Positions 27,802 to 40,556 of a DNA stretch of 64,000 nucleotides are shown here, one piece after another. The notes beneath the pieces are model-generated. The model made no database searches. It worked only from the letters and a program-made list of their open reading frames with translations, and was not told the DNA's origin. Positions within the stretch are counted from its first letter, which is position 1, and each line of letters opens with the position of its first letter. The translations under genes and the position numbers were made by a program. The DNA is from Octopus bimaculoides (Eukaryota): NCBI RefSeq assembly GCF_001194135.2, contig NC_068982.1:152130437-152194436 (forward strand), given 5' to 3'.

Positions 27802-28845
27802 AGCCATGACTGCTGAGGACATGCATAAGCTCGAAAGGAATGAAGCCAGTATGCTTCGATGGATGTGTAATGTCAGTGTGCATACTCGACAGGATATAAG
27901 TACCTTAAGAGAAAAGTTGGACCTAAGACGCATCAGTTGTGGTGCACAAGAGAGATGATTGCACTGGTATGGTCATTTGGTGAGAATGAACGAGGATAGC
28001 TGTGTGAAAAAGTGCCACAGTCTTGCAGTTGAGGGTACCTGTGGAAGAGGAAGACCTGGGATGAGGTGGTGAAGCACGACCTTTGAACATTAGGCCTCAC
28101 TGAAACAATGACTTGTGACCAAGACCTTTGGAAATATGCTGTGCGTGAGAAGACCCAGCAAGACAAGTGAGACCATAACCCGTGGCCTTTACCAGGGGTA
28201 TAGCCAGCCCACTTATGCGTACCTTTCCTTCTTTGGACACTAAACCGTGCTTGTGAAGACCTGTTGAGGCAAGTGAAATCAAAATCAAAAATTGAACCAA
28301 ATTCGTTGACCGGCGCCCATGCCAACCTTCCTTCATTGGACACTAAACTCAACTTGCGAAGACCTGTTGGGGCATGTGAGATCGAAACTGAACCAAATTC
28401 GATGACTGGCACCCATGCTAGTGGAGTGCTAACAGCATCATCCGAGCAAGGTCACTGCCAGAGCAGCGGTCTTGCTTCTGTGATGGTGGCATGTAAAAAG
28501 CACCATTTGAGCGCAATCGTTTCCAGCTTCGCCTTACTGGCACTCGTGCTGGTGGCATGTGAACAACACATTGGACTGAAAACTGTGAAGGTGGCACGTA
28601 AAAAACACCATTTGTGCGTGGCCGTTGCCAGTACCGCTGGACTGACCCTCATGCCGGTGGCACATAAAAAGCACCCACTACACTCTCAGAGTGGTTGGCG
28701 TTAGGAAGGGCATCCAGCTGTAGAAACTCTGCCAGATCAGATTGGAGCTTGGTGTAGCTATCTGGTTCGCCAGTCCCCAGTTAAATTGTCCAACCCATAC
28801 TAGCATGGAAAGCGAACGTTAAATGATGATGATGATGATGATGAT
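27802..28845 (+). mobile_element. RTE LINE 3' end: ORF C-terminus plus modular 3' UTR ending in (GAT)n
   Basis: Reads KLERNEASMLRWMCNVSV...ER*LHWYGHLVRMNEDSCVKKC...EGTCGRGRP (RTE RLRW.GH..RM and GRGRP motifs). Tandem modules follow, then ttaggaagggcatccagctgtag and (GAT)n. A second tail lies just upstream at ~27600-27795. Confidence 0.88.
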
Positions 28846-28974
28846 ATATATTTATTTTTCTGTAGTTTCAGCTCAGAGCTGAGGCCATGTTGATGCACCG
28901 CCGTTAAACATATATATTACGGAGATGTACTTGCATAGCAAGTGACCAGATCTGAGATCGTGTGCTGGAACGAA

Positions 28975-29263
28975 AACAATTGCAGCATGGAAGATGTTTA
29001 TAAGCGATTTAAGAAACACACAGAAACTGTTAGATTCACTTCAACATTTAAATTTAATTTGCCAAAATATTTTCGTGGCTTTGAGACCGCAACCTGTACA
29101 CTGACTAAATTCAGAGATGCAGCACAGAATTTTGTCAGTGAATGGGTCGCGGTCTCAAAGCGACAAAATATTTTGGCAAATTAAATTCAAATGTTGAAGT
29201 GAATCTGACGGCTTTTGTGTGTTTCTTAAATGGCTTATAAAAACCTTCCCCGCTGCAATTGTT
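28975..29263. mobile_element. Fold-back element, arms about 120-135 bp
   Basis: aacaattgcagc...ttagattcacttcaacatttaaatttaatttgccaaaatatttt...ctttgagaccgc is mirrored by gcggtctcaaag...aaaatattttggcaaattaaattcaaatgttgaagtgaatctga...gctgcaattgtt. Confidence 0.85.
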
Positions 29264-30645
29264 ATATATATATAATAATAATATTAGGGATGTGACAGTA
29301 GATTTTCATCGATAGCCAGTCTATGAGGTTACCCTAGGTTTCATGTCCATAAAGCACTTAGCTTGACAGCATAGATATATAGAATAAAGTTTATGTTCAG
29401 TTAAATGAAGGAAAGAAAATAGAGAGTTAAGATAATTATTATTTATTATTAAATAATTTGTAATCTTTCCTTCTTATAGCCATTTCCATTAGTAGTAGTA
29501 AATGGGTAAATTACAAATTTATGCTTTAAATTTGCATTTATATGTTATGAGCATAATTTCATCGAAGAAAGATATACATTAAAATATATATATACATAAA
29601 CATACATGTGTGCATGTGTATGTGTGTGTATGTGTATTTTACCGACACGGAAGTAAATTTTGAATGTAGTATAGCTGTGAAGACATCAGAGAAAGATTGG
29701 TTGTGTATATATATACATGCATGGGTGTGTGTGTGTGTGTGTGTGTGTGTATACACACCATATATGTGTATGCATACGTGTTACCGATTGCTTGTATTGA
29801 CATCACATGGTAGTTGTCATATAAAAAGTGTCCTTCATTACCAATCTACCGTGAAATTAGGTGTGGCTATGAAGAAATATTACTTTGCTTGGAAACAGGT
29901 AAGGGTTGGAAACAGGTGAGGGTTGGAAACAAGAAAGGCATCCAGCTGTAGAGAATCTGCCTCAAGAAAATTCTGTCTGACCCATGCAAGCATAGAAAAG
30001 TGAACATTAAAACAATAATGATGATGATAATGATGGTATATATAAATTCAAGCAAGCTCAACTCAAAGACAATTATATTAACAAGAACATAAATATATTC
30101 ACACACAATACAAAGTAGACTTCCTCTTTGGTGCCTTTGCAGAGACCATTCTGTTGCAACCATTGAAGTCAAGTTCCTGATCTGAGAATAACTTCTTTCC
30201 ATTAACTGGGGGTGGGGGCTGAAAAAGGGCTTGTGTGTGTTTGAGACAGAGAGAGTCATACACAAGCTAGTCTACATAGTCTACAGAATCTAAAACCGAC
30301 AAAAATTATTAGTTTCTCCACAGGAACAAAATTATAATGCAATTAGTTTGTATATATTATGCACAAACTCTTTGTATTTGCACTCGGAACTTAAAGGGCT
30401 GAACGAAAAGCTGCTACGCATTTTGTGTAACACGCGAACGATTTCTACTAGATCACAACTTCAAGTATAGAAATGTAAACAGTGCAAGTCAGGGTTAATA
30501 CGTTCTAAAATAAGGGATATAACTCTGTTTACCTTATTATAAACTATAAAATATATCGCTCACTTCTCATATATTTATGTAAACACATACGCACAGACAT
30601 GCACGCATATATACTTTCACATGAATATATTCTTGTATAACTTTA

Positions 30646-30681
<36 letters not shown>

Positions 30682-31448
30682 CATACATGTACAGATATGT
30701 AAATATTAAGCACCACTGTACACATAGCAAAATAAACACGCACGAGAAGAGTTCACAATGATTTAGTAGAGACTAGGGGAGGTGTTTTAGAGATACTAAT
30801 AAAGTAAACAATTTGCTGCTAAGATGTATGAATTACATGGTTCTTTGAAAAGAAACTTTCAAGAAATTAATTATTAAGTGATACGAAGGAATAGCTTAGA
30901 AAATAAGATTATTATTGTATTAAATAGACCATTTGACAGCTGAAACAACAATGGGTTTCATAATAAATAAAGTATAATAAAAAGGTTCGTTCGATATTTA
31001 AGCCAAACGAAAAACAAAATAAAAGTCCTATAAATCATGAAGCTTTGCATTAAATAATTATCAATTTCTAAGGAGTCTTCATATTTTTAACGGGCAATTA
31101 ATATATAAGAATTTTAACATTGATATAATACAAATATTTGCCAGTTGGAAAATTTCTGTGTCTAAAGAAGTTGCATGACGTGAGAAGTTTGTTGTAAGAC
31201 CAAAACTTACGTTCCTTCATTTTATGCCAATTTTTCCGTTTGCGTGTGTTGGACGAATTAGTTACCCCGAGTACTGTTTGACAGCTAGATACCATTTCTG
31301 ACGCTAAATCTTACCCGTTTTTCAAGTATGAGATCCGTTATTCCATGCAACTAAGAAGGCATAAACTTACTAGACAATTTGTTGACAAGAGAAACGGACA
31401 ACAATATCAACCTCTACAGTATATAAATGATTGTAATTATAAATGGAC

Positions 31449-31841
31449 ATAGGCGCTAGCGTGGCTGTGTGGTAAGAAGCTTGCTTCCCTAGCAGAGTTC
31501 AGTCCCACTGCGTGACACCTTGGGCAAGTGTCTTCTACTATAGGCTCGGGTCGACCAAAGCTTTGTGAGTGAATTTAGTAGACAGAAACTGAAAGAAGCC
31601 CATGGTATATGTATGTATGTATGTATGTATATGCTTGTGTGACTGTGTCTAACCCCCACTACCACCATCACCGCTTGACAACCGATGCTGGTGTGTTTAC
31701 GTCCCCGTAACTTAGCGGTTCGGCAAAAAGGCACTGATAGAATAAGTACTAAGCTTACAAAGATTAAGTCCTGGAGTTGATTTGTTCGACTAAATGCAGT
31801 GCTCCAGCATGGCTGCAGTCAAATAAAACAAATAAAAGAAT
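31449..31841 (+). mobile_element. tRNA-derived SINE family A, near full length
   Basis: Head, internal (TATG)n, cgcttgacaaccgatgctggtgtgtttacgtccccgtaacttagcgg core and gtgctccagcatggc...aaataaaagaa tail are all present. Confidence 0.88.
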
Positions 31842-33411
31842 ACCACACACACACACAAAATACTTATAGCCATATAGTTTAGAAGTTTGTGGTATCTTTG
31901 GCAAATGTCATTTCATTTGCTATGAGCCCTGGGAAAATGCCATATTGGTTGCCAGGAGACTAAAGAGGCCTGCCCACAACTACATATATACATACACCTT
32001 CACACACACACCCATGTATACACACAAATATATATCTATAAAAGTCTGTGCACAGAGTATACTCTTGCATGCACAAAAAGTATAGCAGATAAACACAAAT
32101 ATATATATGATATTCACATGAAGATATTTGCACCTTTAAGATAAATAATTTAAAGGCAATTATAAGTATAGGAGTAAGTAGATAAAGTCATACTGTAGAA
32201 CATCAATTAGTGATATCAAAGAGTGAGTCAAAGCCACAGTGATTTGCTGTGCAGCATAAATGCTATGTTATTAGGTCCAGTGATTAGGTGATGAGCAGCA
32301 TTGACTCAGAAAGATTATCAGAGTCATAAACTGTGTACATTGATTATATTCTGAAGATAATGACTTCAAAGAGGAGTAAGGTGAGGTAGTAGATGTCTTC
32401 AAGACAGTTATGAAGCAGTTGTTGTTTAGCTCCAAATCAGCCCTGACCAGTCAGATGTATGGTCGAAGTTATTCTAATCATAGCCATTCTATCTCTTTCC
32501 TATGTACAAGCTTTTAAATATTATAGTTTTGTTCCCATTTTTATACATACCTTCTATATCAATCCCACTTCAGAAATTTTATAAACAAACATTAATCAAA
32601 CTCTACCTCCATAATACAGGAAGTTTAAAATCCCTATATACTAATTAAATTGCTTATAAAATAATGAACACCTTGAGAGAAACATATAAACATACAACCT
32701 TTACTCAAATATTTTTGTGAACATCAAAGCACCAGAGAAATAATTTTCTATACTAACAAAGCCTTAACATACCTAACTAATAACCTTAAATATCATCAAA
32801 GTAAAGACAGGACCAATGTAAACTAACTACCTACTTACATCCTTTTGAAATAAAAGATGACACACCCAATTACTAAAGGCTTAAGTACCGGACTCCCATA
32901 ATACCAAAAATGACAAAAATATTGTCGCACTTTGTGCCTACTAAACAGAAGAAAAATACCTGCAGGTTTGTTTACAAAGTTCTACATGCATGGATAAATA
33001 CTAGACAATAACATAACACTAAATTTAATCAATTAAAATTTTTTCAAGATATATTTCCATAACAACCAGCCATAAAAACCTAATTCCCATCCCACTCAAA
33101 CCCATATACCCAAAGATGATTTTTAACTCAACAGAGACAATATAAAAGCAAGACTAACTGTAATGCATCAGTCTTTCAGTGACTTAGCTGACCAAAACAT
33201 TGAAGTCACAATCAACAACATTTTTTGTTTAAGAAATAAATGTGTGTGTGTGTGTGTGTGTTAGCCAAAACTTCAGAGTCACTATTAACACTATTCTTGT
33301 TTAAGAATAATAAATTTGGTACTCTACAAAAGTACTGAGTAACCCCTCAGATTAATGTAGAATTATCTTTTTTAGTATAATATTAAAACTAAACATTTGA
33401 AGTGGTAAGCC

Positions 33412-33620
33412 CACAGACTCATTAGCATGCTGGACTAAATGCTTAGTGGTATTTTGCTCATCACTACGTTCTGAGTTTAAATTCTGCCAAGGTCAACTTT
33501 ACCTTTCATTCTTTCAGGGTTGATCAATTAAGTACCAGTTTGAACATTGGGATCAATGTAATCGACACATCTCCCACCCCCAAATAGTTGTCCTTGTGGC
33601 AAAATTTGAAACCGTATTAC
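33412..33620 (+). mobile_element. tRNA-derived SINE, family B
   Basis: attagcatgctggactaaatgcttag...ctgagtttaaattctgccaaggtcaac...ttaagtaccag motifs. Confidence 0.75.
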
Positions 33621-33866
33621 AACTAAACATAAAAACAAACATTAAGTTATATGTGTATGTATACATATATATATACATAAATACATATATATATATTTAT
33701 ATACGTATATATGTATATATATATATATATATATATANNNNNNNNNNNNNNNNNNNNNNNNNNNNNNNNNNNNNNNNNNNNNNNNNNNNNNNNNNNNNNN
33801 NNNNNNNNNNNNNNNNNNNNNNNNNNNNNNNNNNNNNNNNNATATGTATGTATGTATATATGTATG

Positions 33867-33897
<31 letters not shown>

Positions 33898-34454
33898 CAT
33901 TAGGTTTACATGAGCAGACACAAATCATATGTATATATGCACACAAGCATTCATGTATGCACATACTCAGAATTAATTAGTCACTGGTGATAATATTTAT
34001 ATTATGTACTCCAACACAAGAACACAAATGTATATTTATTTTACACATTTTCGTGAAAATATAATTATGTTTTTTGTATAAACAAGATTAAAAAATTAAT
34101 TATTTGTATTTTCATTCCATTACTTTCCACCAGTTTCAACAATTTTTTTATCACATATTGATTTTAACTGTTACTACTACTTCTCTCACAGCTACGTTAT
34201 TATTTCTATTTTAGAGTTAGGGTTACCCCAAAAGTAGATATCCTATAGTGTTTAGATTGATGGCTCTTTTCAGAGAGAGAGGGGGGAGACAGGGAGAGAG
34301 AGAAAGAGAGAGAATGTGTGTCTAAGCACTTTTTTGATCATTTTAGTCTGAGTGAGGACGATGGGGATTATAACCAGATGATATTAGAACAGTTTGTGAA
34401 GAACACTGTTCTAAGAAAAACAAAGGTTAAGCATTGTTTTCTAGTACTATTGTT

Positions 34455-34742
34455 TAATAGTAATGTTGCCAGTGCCGATGGACTGGCTCCTGTGCAGGTG
34501 GCACGTAAAATACACCATTTTGAGCGTGGCCATTGCCAGTACTGCCTGACTGGCCTTCGTGCCGGTGGCACATAAAAGCACCCACTACACTCTCGGAGTG
34601 GTTGGCATTAGGAAGGGCATCCAGCTGTAAGAAACTCTGCCAAATCAGACTGGAGCCTGGTGTAGCCACCTGGTCCACCAGTCCTCAGTCAAATCGTCTA
34701 ACCCATGCTAGCATGGAAAGCGGACATTAGACGATGATGATA
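34455..34742 (+). mobile_element. RTE-tail retroposon (5'-truncated LINE or SINE)
   Basis: Two ggtggcac.taaaa modules, then cccactacactctc, ttaggaagggcatccagctg and a (GAT)n tail. Confidence 0.82.
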
Positions 34743-34859
34743 TTAACTTTTACTAGTTTCAAATTCACCTTTGTTATTGTTATTTGTTATTACAGTAAAT
34801 TTGCATATGAGGATCATTACACTTATGGGGAAATTTTAGTAAACTTTGCTGCAACATGC

Positions 34860-35845
34860 CAATTAGTAAGATTGATTTAAGCACCATCCTCCATGCCAAA
34901 CAAAATGTAAAAAAATCATAATATATATTACTTGAACAATGGTTTCAAAACCATTCAAATTGAAGGTTTCCTTCATTCTTGCTGGGCCAGTGGTGTATGT
35001 AACAGCTGATCTTACCATAGTATGAAAGAGCTCAGGTAGCAAAATTTTATGTCTTCTGAAGTTAGAAACCATGTAAAAGGTCACCAAAAATATGATATAC
35101 TGTGAAGCTAAAATATAGTAATTCAGACCACATGCTTTCAACTTGAATTGCAAAACCACCACAGTAGCTTGGATACACTGCACAGACCAAATTACTGCTG
35201 TAAAATAGTGGAACAATTTCTAGCATCACTTGTAAGAAGTAGTAACTCAAGAATTAAACTATACCAGACGTAATCAAAGAAACTGGATATCAGGCTGAGT
35301 AACAGAATTTGTTATAAAGTAGTGGAGCCACAATCAACTCTTGTGAAGGCAAATCATCTGTTCTGTCTATGCTTATCACAATGAATTCTAATGTACTGCC
35401 ACTCAAGATATGGAACATAATATTATTCTTAGGACTCACAAAAACTGTATCAGATTTTAGAATAAATCATGAAAGGCAACAAGACCAATACTTCTTGATG
35501 TTTAAGGCAGTTATAGTGAAAGCTGATGATCACAGTCAATGGTGTGACCATTTTGTGAACCTATTCAATCATGATTCCTCTACTAATCAGCTGTACATGT
35601 ACTCTACAGATATCATTCTCTGTGCATGCAATCCAGATGCACCAACCATCAAGGAGGTGCACTAAGCTATCTAAAATCTGAAGAACAATGTCTGAAGAGG
35701 ATTTAACCATTGAAATCTTCAAAAATTGCTTAAATGTCTTGGCTCTACAGCTGCACTGTGATTTGTTTCTATGATATGGAATCTCTTCCACAAGGTTAGA
35801 GTGATGTTGGTTTCCTCCTTTGCTTCAAGAAGAGTAATACTTATC
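34860..35845 (+). mobile_element. Heavily decayed RTE-like LINE (endonuclease-RT junction and start of RT)
   Basis: Residual motifs W..HF..LFN, PDAPTIKEV..AI..LKN and E.LPQ....KK. The region resembles 61690-61930. Confidence 0.5.
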
Positions 35846-36030
35846 CACGATGAAAAATACTTCTCCAGTACTGTTCTGACCTCATCTGCAGAATTCATAT
35901 TTTTCCTATCCAAATGATTTTGAAGACTGTGGAATAAATGATAATCAGATGCTGCAATATCCAGCGAATATGGTGGGTGGGGCATCGTTGCCCATTCAAA
36001 CTGTTCCAGGCTTTCACAGAAAATGCACTT
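35845..36030 (-). mobile_element. mariner transposase C-terminal fragment
   Basis: LEQFEWATMPHPPYSLDIAASDYHLFHSLQNHL is a decayed form of the mariner HPPYSPDLAPSDYHLF motif. Confidence 0.88.
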
Positions 36031-36654
36031 TTACACTCTGTAAGATTGTCGGTGTTAAGAAGAGCATCCATCAATGGAAATTATGTTAAAACTGAGACAT
36101 AGGAGCAAGATATGGTTCTCTAATCCATGGATTCAACAAAAATGTTGAGCTCATGCCAGTGAGGAAAATGGACTGATGATGATAATGACGATGGCAACAA
36201 CAACAACAATGAGGATACATATGTATACAGATGAACCTCTTGTAAGTACATCATACAACTTGTATGATGAACCTCTTGCCTACCAATAGCATATAAGTTG
36301 AATCTGGTGAACAAAATGATCATGCCTTTGCTAAACTAATACTTCAATGAATTAAATGCCTCATATACATATTAAAAAAAAACTAAATTCAGTCTGGATG
36401 AACAAAACTAGCTTGAATGTGACACTAGAAACTGCAACATTCCTGATACTAATTCTTAAACATAAAAATACCAAATGACAATGATGTTGTGCAATAAGCT
36501 TGGATACACTGCACAAACTAAATTACTGCTGAAAAAGAGTGGAACAATTTCTAGCATCACTTGTAAGAAGTAGTAACTCAAGAATTAAACTATACCAGAC
36601 ATAATCAAAGAAACTGGATATCAGGCTGTGTAACAGAATTTGTTATAAACTAAG

Positions 36655-37190
36655 GAGACATCAGATGTTGTGTGCAAGAGAGAAGATTACATTGGTTTGG
36701 TCATGTGATGCATATGGATGAGGACAGCTGCATAAAGTACCATGCTCTAATTGTGGAGGGAACCTGTGGAAGGGGTAGACCCAGATAGACATGGGACGAA
36801 GTAGTGAAAAAGTATCTTTGAATGCTGGGCCTCACTGAGGAAATGACAAGGGACCAGGAGTTGTGGTGATTTACTGTACTTGAGAAGACACGTCAAGCTA
36901 AGTAAATGATCACTGTCATCCATACATGCATGCTTGTCCTCATGTGCCAGTGCTACATAAAATGCACTCAAGCCAGTGCTGTATAAACACATCTGTTCTG
37001 GTGGCATGTAAAAAGCACCCAGAACACTCTGTAAAGTGGCTGGCATTTGGAAGGGTATCCAGCTGTGGAGACCATGTCACAACAGTTAGTTGGGACCTTG
37101 ATACTCCCTGGCTGGCCAGCTTCATGTCAAACTGTCCAACCCATGAAAACCCATAGAAAACAGATGTTAAATGATGATGCTGATGAAGAA
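36655..37190 (+). mobile_element. RTE LINE 3' end, decayed
   Basis: VQERRLHWFGHVMHMDEDSC...VEGTCGRGRP, followed by the same 3' tail and (GAT)n. Confidence 0.82.
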
Positions 37191-38065
37191 GATGAATACA
37201 AATTTAATGAGTGAATTTAACACATTATGGCAATTGAGAAACATATCTATGATTCCATTTGTAATTAGTACAACTGGAATGATGCAGAACCACTTCTGTA
37301 ATGATATTGACAGATCTCTTACAAATACAGAGAGAGGCACATTGTAAACAATATCAATACTAAGATGTTTAAATATTATGGCATTTTTAAATGACATTGA
37401 TTAACTTTTGAACTGATGTCAGTGACCAGGTCACAGTTGTGTGATTGAAAGTTTGACACCTCATGAAATAAATTAAATTTAAAGTGATTTTAACAGTTTA
37501 TGCTTAATTAAATACCCTTTTCATGATGTAGTTGCTTCAACTTCAACAAACAATCTCAGATGAAGTCACTTGCCAGAAATTTTTATTTTTTCTAAGTTGT
37601 ACTTAATTTATTTTTCAAAAATAGAAACTATTGTGTCTTCTCAAATAATAACTAGCAGGATCTATGAAAATTCTACATTTTAAAAGTGCTCTTGTTTCTA
37701 TTATGATGCATAAATTAATAGTTCTTCATAACATTTTTTCATTATGTTAATAATTTCAACTGTCTTTTATTCATTTTTTTTAGTTAGGTTTGTTGAAAGT
37801 GTAACACTTGAACTAGTTCCAAACTGTTAGAAATTTTGATTATACCTTCAATTTCAATCTACAGCTAAGATTGTTTAAGGTGTAACACATGAACTTGTTT
37901 TATTGTTTTAAAAGTTTCAATTATATTTCTGACTCCTTTCCATACTTAAAACTGTTTAATGCCTAATACTCAAAATTGTTTCAGCACGTTAAATATTTTG
38001 ATTATGGTTTCAGTTTTGTCACATAGTTCAGGTTATTGAAAGCATAACTTTCAAATTTATTCCAT

Positions 38066-38331
38066 TATTCTGTTGTGTCTGGGGAGAGTCATTTTCTTAT
38101 CATGCCTTAAAATTTAACACACTCACCGTTAAAATTTCCACTTATTATTTTTATTTTCCTAAAATTCTCGTTGCGTCTTGCAACCTTTTCAATAGTCAAG
38201 ACTATTGAAAAGGTTGCAAGACGCAACGAAAATTTTAGGAAAATAAAAATAATAAGTGGAAATTTTAACGGTGAGTGTGTTAAATTTTAAGGCACGATAA
38301 GAAAATGACTCTCCCCAGACACAGCAGAATA
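38066..38331. repeat. Near-perfect palindrome: 132-bp arms, 2-nt loop
   Basis: 38066-38197 is the reverse complement of 38200-38331, with 3 mismatches and no indels by manual alignment. Confidence 0.95.
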
Positions 38332-39676
38332 TGCTTCAACCCACGAAATCACATAAAAAATCTTGCAAACCAAATCCAAAAATGAAATATTATTCCATTA
38401 TGTTAAAGATTTTAATTTCAAAATATGATTGCAAAATAGGCTTTGATATTTATGAAAAAAAATTATGAAATAATTCTAGCAGTATTATTTGGATACATTT
38501 TTATTATACATTTTTTTTTATCATTGTGGTTGTCATGACTCCAATTTTTTAAATTTATTTTAATTTTATATTGTTAATAAAATCCACGTGACAGATATAA
38601 ATATCAAATAAAGAGCCTCATTCAGAAAAACATATATATTGCATATTTACATGAAGAAGTGCATATAATCATATATTCAATATATCAAAGATTTATTTCA
38701 TAGAATTCACCCTTAAATAACCCCATCATTATATTCATCCTTAGACATTAGTACAACATTATTCAAAATAGAAATATACTTAATCCCTAAACAAAACTGC
38801 AACTATGAAGTCTAAAAGTACATAAATATAAAATATAGGTAAATGTATTCCGCTAACATATACTCTATTCCAATTACAAACAGTTTATTCCACATTAAAT
38901 ATTACTTAACTTATATACTGAAATATAGACGTAAACTAATATTAATATTGACTATTATTGACAGGCAAGTATGACCAACAAATGTGTTAAATGCAAGCAT
39001 TTTAATTTTCATTTTCTCTCCAAATAATCACAGCCTTTTAAACTTATATGAATTCCATTCTTAAACATCTTGCAATCTCTCTTTCTCTCTTTTAACCACA
39101 CACACTCACACATGCCTATACACACACACACACACACACACTCACACACACACACTTCAGTTGTAACCATGAAGAATTTTAGTGTGATACTGGACTGTGT
39201 TAGCCAGTATCAGAGTGGTTTGTTTGTCGGTGGCTGATTGACTATAAAAATACTTAAAATCCTCACATGCAACAAGAAATTTGAAAAATGATAACAGAAA
39301 ACCAATTAAATTTATAAATTCATTTACAAACTTGCAGGGATTAATTTCATATAACTCAAACTATTACATTTGATATAAAGTATCAAGCATTCTTACTAGG
39401 TGACCTAACCCATAAAAAAGACAAACTATTAAAATAGATTATAATACACAATTGAAAATGAACTTAGATACAAATCAGTGCTTGAAAACTCAGCAACTTA
39501 TTTATAAATTTATCTATAAATTATCACAGAAGTTATATAAATAGCAGAAGTTATATAAAAGAAAAAAAAGCTCATTACATAAATATCATACTCTAGTAAC
39601 AAACTAACTCCAGACAGCATGTCCAAGCCATTTCCTGATTACTTAGAAAGTCAGGTGGTCAGGTGAGGGGAATATT

Positions 39677-40208
39677 TACGAGGTCTGATCAAAAAGTATC
39701 AGGACTGATGCTGTGAAAAGTAAACTACAATACGTGTCAATTTGGCATTTAGTCTCCTTCAAAGTGGTCCTCTTCTGAAGCCATAAACTTTATCCAATGA
39801 CAATTCCATTGATGGGAGCATTCCTGGAACTCCTTTTTTGGGATAGCAAGCAACTGCCTCATCTCATTCTGTTTGATTCCCTTGACTTCTTGAAATTTTG
39901 TTGTAGATTTTCTGCTCTTGAAATCTCTTGAAATTTCTTGAAATCCCTTAAAATTTTTTTGATGTCTTGAAATCTTGTTGATGCAGATTCTCTGCTCAAT
40001 TTTCTCTGGTATAGTCACTGATGGAATTGCTGTGGTGTGGTTTTACTTCTAAGCATTGTTACAAATAATGGAAGTGAGCTAGAGTGTTATAACTTAATGT
40101 GTGTGCATGACAGCTTACAAGGTCAATCCGTGCCAAGTGGCTTGACTCTGCATACTTTAGACCTGTTACCATGGCAAGAGTTCCAATACTTTTCGATCAG
40201 GCCTCATA
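39677..40208 (-). mobile_element. Internally deleted mariner (irritans-like) element with both TIRs
   Basis: Left end TAcgaggtctgatcaaaaagtat pairs with right end atacttttcgatcaggcctcaTA (3 mismatches). ORF 39749-40018 has an N-terminal EQRICI and a C-terminal LLAIPKKEFQEC..QW...W.K.....DHFEGD*. Confidence 0.85.
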
Positions 40209-40454
40209 AATCCTAGTGATAACAGATGAGGTATAAGCACTTCATTGACCTCCATAATTCTTCTACCAGCAATATAAAAATGTTGATAGCAACTACTAGG
40301 ATCTAAACTGTTTCATCTAGAAGGAAACTTCCTTGAAACCAAGAAATGTTATTGTTCCCAAATAAATATAAAGTCCCAAAGAACATATATGCATACATAC
40401 ATTGGTATATACATGGTTATATGTGTATATATGCATAACCATTATGTATGTATG

Positions 40455-40542
<88 letters not shown>

Positions 40543-40556
40543 TGTATCTATCTTTC

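Noticed and set aside
28264-28704. 146-aa GC-rich ORF
   Set aside because: It lies in the tandem-module 3' UTR of the RTE element, has no protein motifs, and the peptide just mirrors the repeats.
32520-33220. A-rich, strand-biased stretch resembling a decayed LINE
   Set aside because: Too degraded to assign; no diagnostic motif recovered.
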